A stretch of DNA of 63,759 bases from Hyphochytrium catenoides (Eukaryota; Protista; Hyphochytriomycota). The notes beneath the pieces are model-generated. The model was not told the DNA's origin, ran no database searches, and saw nothing but the letters and a program-made list of their open reading frames with translations. The position numbers and the translations under genes were made by a program. Positions 58,647-63,759 of the stretch are shown piece after piece. The first letter of the stretch is position 1, and each line of letters begins with the position of its first letter. The stretch is taken from NCBI GenBank assembly GCA_900088475.1, contig FLMG01001035.1:1-63759 (forward strand), given 5' to 3'.

Positions 58647-61600
58647 TCACTTCTTAGAGGCGAAGGGCAGGAAAGACCAGGAATACTTCTTCCTCTTGTC
58701 TTCCTCGGAGAGGAGGTTGAGCTGGTCGAGGAGGAAGGCAAACTCAAAGGCTTTCTCCTTTAGGTACTTGTACCGATCAGACGCACTAAAGTGCCCTGAA
58801 GACATGTCCATCTTCAAGAGCAGAACATTCTTATCCTTTTTCATGGCACGGAGCTTGGCCACCCACTTGGCAGGCTCCCAGTACGCCACCTACGTATCGC
58901 AGGGAGATGTTAGACTAGCGTGTTGCAGGGCCTTAGAGACGGGTGAGTTGAATCTAGAAAACGAACGAGGTATCGACGGTATGAAGAGTTACAGAGTGAA
59001 CTTGTTGTCCACCGTACCCGAGGATCATAGAGTCCGCTGACCACAAGCATGGCGGGGTACTCGACCTCCTTAACGTTGTCATAGGGCGAGTAGGACATCA
59101 TATACTGCAGACAAAGAAGGCAGTTAGCTAGGTCAAGGTGCCTGTTCCGCGAAAGAAAGACCTTACCTCATAGTACTTCTCCTCATTTGGATTGCCCCAC
59201 TCTACCCACTCACCGGTGGTAAGAGGGATGGACGCTGATGGATGTGTTTTGATGAGCGAGGGAAGGAGAGACAGATGGTACATAGAGAGAAGGGCCCAGG
59301 TATGGGAGAAATTTTTAGTGCTTGGTATGGTATCGGTAGGTAGTGCCGCGAGCTTACCGTCACTCATCGTCGTAACTACATCCACGAAAGGAACACCTGC
59401 TACGACAGCCTTGAACAGGTCAGGCCGCATGTTCACTACTGCGCCCATCAATAAGCCGCCTGGACACATGGCGAGAGACACAGTTCAGTCCCACGATCGA
59501 ACGATAGCCGAGCGCATCCCTAGCTATGCTGTTAATCATAGCTCTCCGTAGCTTTGCTGACCAGAGTGATTGCCCGTCTCTCTTCCCTATGCAGCTATGG
59601 GGTTACCATCTTCCTTACACATTCTCACTCCCTAGATGCCTCACCTGCACTTCTGCCAGAGATGACAAGCTGATCGGGCGACGTGTAGCCCGTCTTGATG
59701 AGGTGCTCAGCGCAGTCAATGAAGTCATAGAACGTGTTCTTCTTCTTCAAGTACTTCCCTTCATCTTCATACCAGGATCGGCCCATCGAGCCACCGCCTC
59801 GGATATGAGCAATCACATAGATCACACCGCGGTCCAGGAACGACAACCTGAGTCCAAGATGCGAAAGTGCAAGGGTTACACGCTTAGAATGCAGTCCTCT
59901 GGTTGCAGACCTAGAACATAGGGGTTCCTGGAAGGAACTTGTCCCTCTCTCCCCTCCCTAGTTGGTCTCTTTATCCTACTTACTCCTGTGAGTTGAAAGT
60001 GGGGTCAACGGTAGCGCCATAAGATCCGTAGCCGTAGAGATGCAGTGGTTGTGGGCCATCCTTCTTGAGGCTCTTCTTGTACACCATCGACATAGGCACC
60101 AAAGTGCCGTCCCGAGCAGTGGCAAAGATTCGCTCTGATGTGTACTGCGTGCGATCATAATTGAACACAGGCTCTTCCTGCAGGAGCAGATGGACCACAC
60201 AGCAAAGGATTTAGAGAGGCTACAAGATTGACAAGCCAAGACGGCTACCCTTAGGCTAAAAGCAAAGTAACGCGAGAAGCAAGGTGCGCATATCACTAGA
60301 TCAGACCTTCAGTAGCTTCTTCTCTCCAGTCCGCATGTTCAGCTCGAAGGTGGACATAGGGGCAACCTTACAAAAGAGAGACCAGCGTTAGTCGGTGAGC
60401 GCCAGGTCTATACAGTCACTGCAAAGGTGGTGCAAGAGGGGCACGATGAACATGAAAGCGATGATCTCTGTGAGGATCTGCACGGATTCAAGAAGTGAGA
60501 TCAGGCCTTCAAGGGTTCCAAAAAGCCAGAAGAGGTAAAGAGAGACGGTACCAGGGAAGAGTATCTAAACTGGCACGTGTCCGTGTCATATTCCATATTC
60601 GTGGACTCTTGTGCGGTGTACACCGGCTCTTCGAACGTAACCGGTCGAAGAGCCTGATCCTTGCCCAAGATCCATAGCTTCTTCAGGCCGCCTGCGAAGT
60701 TGTGACGGAAGGGTAAGGTAGCGGTCTGTCAGTGAGCATGAAACAACTAAAGAAGACAACTCATCGCTGCCTGAAGTAGTAGGCAATCAAGACAAGGCAC
60801 GCGGAGAAACTTCCATTTTTGTTTGCGGATAGATAAGGTATAACCAGGCAGCGATGCCGAAGGCTATGAAGGTCACTACCTTCTCTTCCATATATGACTG
60901 CATGATTCTTGAAGGTCTGCATGCTGCTAACGGAGATCTCCGGGTTATAGGGAACCACGGGCTGCCAGTACTGCGCACCAGGGGTCGCAATCTTCGTAGA
61001 CATAATCTTCTGGTTCTTTGCTCCGTCCTTATTCGTTAAAATATAGAACTTGTCCTCTTGGTGCGTCACCTGCGATACAGGAAAAGGATTAAGTCGGCCA
61101 GAGCCGGATTGGATGCGGTTCAGAAACGTTATAGACTGGTATCGGAGAACTGTCCCAAGAGTGGAGGCAAGAACACGACGTGGAGACGACTATAAATAAA
61201 TCATTCGCCACAGAGATGGATAAGCGGGGGAGGACCATGGTCATGATAATAATCTCCGGCTTCTTCAAACAAGGATGAGCGCATCTTTGCTCCAAAAGCT
61301 TACCGAATAGCGCACTCCTGGCTGCCTGGGTTCGATCACCGTAAGTGGTGCATTTCTCTCCTTGAGACTGAGATATCGAACCTCACTGGTCTCCATGCTC
61401 GTCGAGTAGACGAATAGGTACCTGAGGCGCAAAACTATCAGTCGGAAGTGAGATATGGAGGGCGAGCTCCAGTCGTAGACCAGGTCATAATGCATAACGG
61501 GGCGGACTTTTGTTCCAACAGCTATAACAGCGGGTATTGCAGTTGCATCACTCATAACGCTAGAGCAGCTAAGAAGAAGCATAGGACGTATAGTGACAGA

Positions 61601-62864
61601 CGTACCTGCCGCTGGTGGACTTTTGGATGTGGAAGTAGAAAAGCTCATCGGTCTCCGTATAGAGAGGCTCGTCTGTCTTCTGATCGGCGCCAAATTTGTG
61701 TCGCCAGAGTTTGAAGGGACGGTGCGCCTCATCATGAGTAGTATAAAAGCACTCTGAGGCGTCCAGACCCCACTCAAAGTCGCCCGCAGTGTTCTCAATC
61801 ACGTGATCCATTTCCTTGCCCGTGGCAAGGTCCTTGAAGCGCACTGTGAAGGTCTCATAGCCAAAGTAGTCCTGCGATGGGTTAGTACATATATATAGAC
61901 ATATTGCGAGGGCAAAGCATACGGTTAGATCTAGAGGCTAGAGATGGGTTAGCCATGGGAAAGACTGAAATGGCGACAGAAAGGATACCGGTGGAGAAGG
62001 GCAGGGTGTGATTTGCCCATCGAGCTTTGAAGAAGAAAAGGAGTCGTCCTTCAAGAGTTGAGACGGGCGGATTGGTAACCGAAGTACCTACCACTGCATA
62101 AGCCAGGATCTTATGATCGGGGCTGGGCTGGATGGCGTGCACATCACAATGCGCTTTTCCCTTGGCAAGCTGGTTGATGTCCAAAATCACCTCCTCAGCG
62201 CCGCCAGCACGAGGCTTTCTGCAATGGATGGCGTAGCTGAGGCCCTCTATGGTCTTCTTATAGTACACATAGTCTCCGTAAGGGTAAGGAACTGACTCAT
62301 CCGTTTCCTGTTAATGCCTTGTCAGCCCATGGAGCACTCTTGAAGCAAACGGATGGCGCAGGTACCAACAGCATTTTGTTATAGAACACAGAGAGAGCAA
62401 GGATATAGGACCAATACACGTCAGGCAGCAACTGAAGGAAGAGAAAGCAGCATCGGCGTTCAATGAAGAGCATGCGCTCAGCCTCAGCTAACCTTGATGC
62501 GTGCGAGAAACTCGCGGTAGAGGTTCTCGGTAGCAGCCTTCAAATGGCTTGTCTGGGCCTCCATGTATGCGTTCTCTCCCTCTAGATATTTCACCATTTC
62601 TGAGTCCTTGCGGCTGTCATCGCGCAGCCAGTAGTAGTTGTCAATCTTCTCCTTCGGAGGATCCATTGGATTTTTACCGCGGTTCTCTCCTTCTACCTTG
62701 CCAATGAGCACCTTTCGAGGCTTGATGGCAGCTACAGGAGGCTGGATTAGACGAGGTCGCCTATTACGGAGAGCCACAGCTGCCACACCAGCCAGGACGG
62801 CGCTTGCGGCGATGATGGTGCCGAGGCGGCGATGAGACTGGTCATTGGAGCTGGAGCTGGCCAT
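58647..62864 (-). CDS. Oligopeptidase B (protease II, peptidase S9A), multi-exon
   Basis: DNYYWLRDDSR, YLEGENAY, LYGYGSYG, IAHIRGG, KKNTFYDFI, catalytic GRSAG|GLL, PLTTGEWVEWGNP, YSPYDNV, YDPRV|AYWEPAKWVAKLR, SSGHFSASDRY. Confidence 0.96.
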
Positions 62865-63045
62865 GATTGATGTCCTCGTCACCTAGGACTTGGGCTTATG
62901 GCAGAGAGTGAAGGTTGCTGACTAGCCCAGGGAAGCTGGGAATTGGCCGCAGGGTTGGAAGGAGAGTTAGCTACTGCTGGCGCGGTGCCTGGAGCTGCTA
63001 CCTTCCTAGACACCTGTCTTCATGTGAGAGAGTGGTTATGTGCTG

Positions 63046-63046
<1 letters not shown>

Positions 63047-63089
<43 letters not shown>

Positions 63090-63160
63090 GAGAGAGAAAG
63101 AGGACAGAGAGGAGAGAAAAGACAGAGGGAGAGGGGAGGGAGAGACAGAGAGAGAGAGAA
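63047..63160. repeat. (GA)n microsatellite upstream of oligopeptidase B
   Basis: Direct reading. Confidence 0.95.
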
Positions 63161-63759
63161 AAGGAGGTTGGTGATGGGTGATGAGGTAGCTCCCTAAACT
63201 GTAAGATCTTAGTCAAAATAGCAGTTACCAAAACGTGCTATTAGCGGAGTTCCATAGAACCAGTATGTATGAGAGCGTAAATGTACAATTAGAAGACGGA
63301 AAGATCACCCATCCGAGTGAGGGTTTGGTTCTGATGGACAGACGGACAGACAAACAGACAAACACAAAGGTGGCACGGCAGGACAGAGGCAGCAAACCCA
63401 GAGCTGGAAACTGGGAAGGGAAGAGGAGCGGTGCCTTGAGAGGAGCTGGAAGCGAAGGAGGAGGAGGCCAAACCTGCCGCGCTACTCCTGCCTTGAGCCC
63501 AAGATACCTCGGTGCTCAGCAGGAACTATCTCATCAGGGAAGTTGAAGGCGGAGCTCAGATCGCAAGAGGGATTGGGAGCAAGAGCATTAGCTAAACAGC
63601 TAACAGAACTCAGCATATAAGGCAAAGATCTGCTGCAAGGGAAGAGTTCAACTACCTGCGCAGAGAAGATAGCGGGGAAGAGATTAGCTGCAAGGGCATA
63701 ATCGGGAACAACTAAGAGAGTCTTGGATACATGCTTTAGAGCAAGCATAGCGACAGCAG

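Overview
Eukaryotic genomic DNA with short GT-AG introns and microsatellites. A protist, possibly a stramenopile, is inferred from the gene families only. The window has two compartments. (1) About 1-43.5 kb is an accessory region: intronless ORFs (DltE-like SDR, LRR/RNI-like protein, bacterial-type OafA acyltransferase-3+SGNH, ankyrin protein, pentapeptide-repeat protein, an orphan ending in a PBCV-type basic adaptor motif), gene relics (RZ-type zinc finger, IFI6/IFI27-like, Cys/His repeats, ankyrin) and at least seven fragments of CRE-like non-LTR retrotransposons (reverse transcriptase, RT, plus restriction-like endonuclease, RLE). (2) About 44-63 kb holds intron-rich genes: a large multi-exon gene combining PriCT-2-like helical domains, FN3 domains with EF-hand pairs inserted inside them and a C-terminal domain resembling plant SAP/CCCH62 proteins; GLOD4; a Stm1/SERBP1-family RNA-binding protein; and oligopeptidase B. 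No rRNA, tRNA or CRISPR array was recognised. All family calls are motif recognition by eye; no searches were run, and exon and element boundaries are approximate unless stated.
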